A stretch of 64,000 nt of DNA from Basidiobolus meristosporus CBS 931.73. Lineage: Eukaryota > Fungi > Basidiobolomycota. Within the stretch, counting starts at the first letter, position 1. Each line of letters opens with the position of its first letter. Under the pieces are notes generated by a model, which did not search any database, was not told where the DNA came from, and saw only the letters and a list, made by a program, of their open reading frames with translations. Both the position numbers and the translations under genes were made by a program. The DNA lies in the NCBI GenBank assembly GCA_002104905.1, contig MCFE01000175.1, positions 78,765 through 142,764 on the forward strand, given 5' to 3'. Below, one piece after another: positions 63,559 through 64,000 of this stretch.

Positions 63559-63569
63559 GGGGGGAGACA

Positions 63570-63750
63570 GGGTTAGGGGGGGAGGGAAAGTCACCAAGGT
63601 AGGTGAAATCTTTATTTGATTGCAGACAAGTCTAACTACAAATAAAGAAGCCAGCTGGGAATAGAAGATTCCCAAAGTAAACACTAAGTTGAATATGAAT
63701 AAATCTAAGCTAAAGTTAAAGCAGTATCCCAGAGTACACTGGAGTTCAGG
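63570..63750 (-). mobile_element. Telomeric element unit 2, 5'-truncated (3' UTR plus last codons of the ORF)
   Basis: GGGTTAGGGGGGGAGGGAAAGTCACC..GGAGTTCAGG matches 62321-62498, then switches to telomere repeats. Confidence 0.9.
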
Positions 63751-64000
63751 GTTAGGGTTAGGGTTAGGGTTAGGGTTAGGGTTAGGGTTAGGGTTAGGGT
63801 TAGGGTTAGGGTTAGGGTTAGGGTTAGGGTTAGGGTTAGGGTTAGGGTTAGGGTTAGGGTTAGGGTTAGGGTTAGGGTTAGGGTTAGGGTTAGGGTTAGG
63901 GTTAGGGTTAGGGTTAGGGTTAGGTTAGGGTTAGGGTTAGGGTTAGGGTTAGGGTTAGGGTTAGGGTTAGGGTTAGGGTTAGGGTTAGGGTTAGGGTTAG
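63749..64000 (+). repeat. Terminal telomere (TTAGGG)n, about 42 units, one TTAGG variant near 63921
   Basis: Directly visible to the end of the window, G-strand on plus. Confidence 0.99.

Larger units (their letters stand above)
62330..63569 (-). mobile_element. Telomere-associated single-ORF (RT-less) retroelement, unit 1 (about 1.24 kb)
   Basis: Bounded by telomeric sequence on both sides; AATAAA at 62364-62359, about 30 nt before the CCCTAA repeats; its 3' 170 bp recur at 63575-63750 with 2 substitutions. Confidence 0.8.

Noticed and set aside
62330-63569. Hammerhead ribozyme, as expected in Penelope-like pLTRs
   Set aside because: I found no CUGANGA..GAAA core on either strand, so a Penelope-like identity is not supported, though not excluded.
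63689-63928. Track ORF ending in (LG)n
   Set aside because: It is a translation of the telomere repeat.
1-64000. tRNA or rRNA genes
   Set aside because: No cloverleaf/T-loop consensus or rRNA-like sequence was seen by eye; tRNAscan-SE and Infernal were not run.

Overview
This is the last 64 kb of a chromosome arm, ending in about 42 TTAGGG repeats. The organism is most likely an early-diverging (non-Dikarya) fungus, inferred from short GT-AG introns with CTAAC/CTAAG branch sites, a Mucoromycota-like RPL13 and a Ral GTPase. There are three domains. (1) About 1-46.6 kb is an almost CpG-free pile of nested, decayed transposons: Ty3/Gypsy, Ty1/Copia, CMC/EnSpm-type DNA transposons with CCCTA termini, and one complete PIF/Harbinger-group element with TIRs and TSD. 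(2) About 46.6-58.6 kb is a CpG-retaining gene island with a 3-exon Ral GTPase, intact RPL13, an RPL32 pseudogene and two orphan ORFs. (3) About 58.7-64 kb is the subtelomere. The most striking system is at the tip. A Copia element is cut inside its RT and joined to (TTAGGG)3. This is followed by a 1.24-kb element encoding only one 242-aa coiled-coil/ORF1-like protein with no RT, then a 5'-truncated second copy, then the telomere. A diverged relative with the same 3'-end motifs and polarity lies 2 kb further in. The layout resembles HeT-A/MoTeR2/Coprina-type telomeric retroelements and suggests repeated RNA-templated extension of this chromosome end. All alignments and counts were done by eye, and boundaries of decayed elements are approximate.
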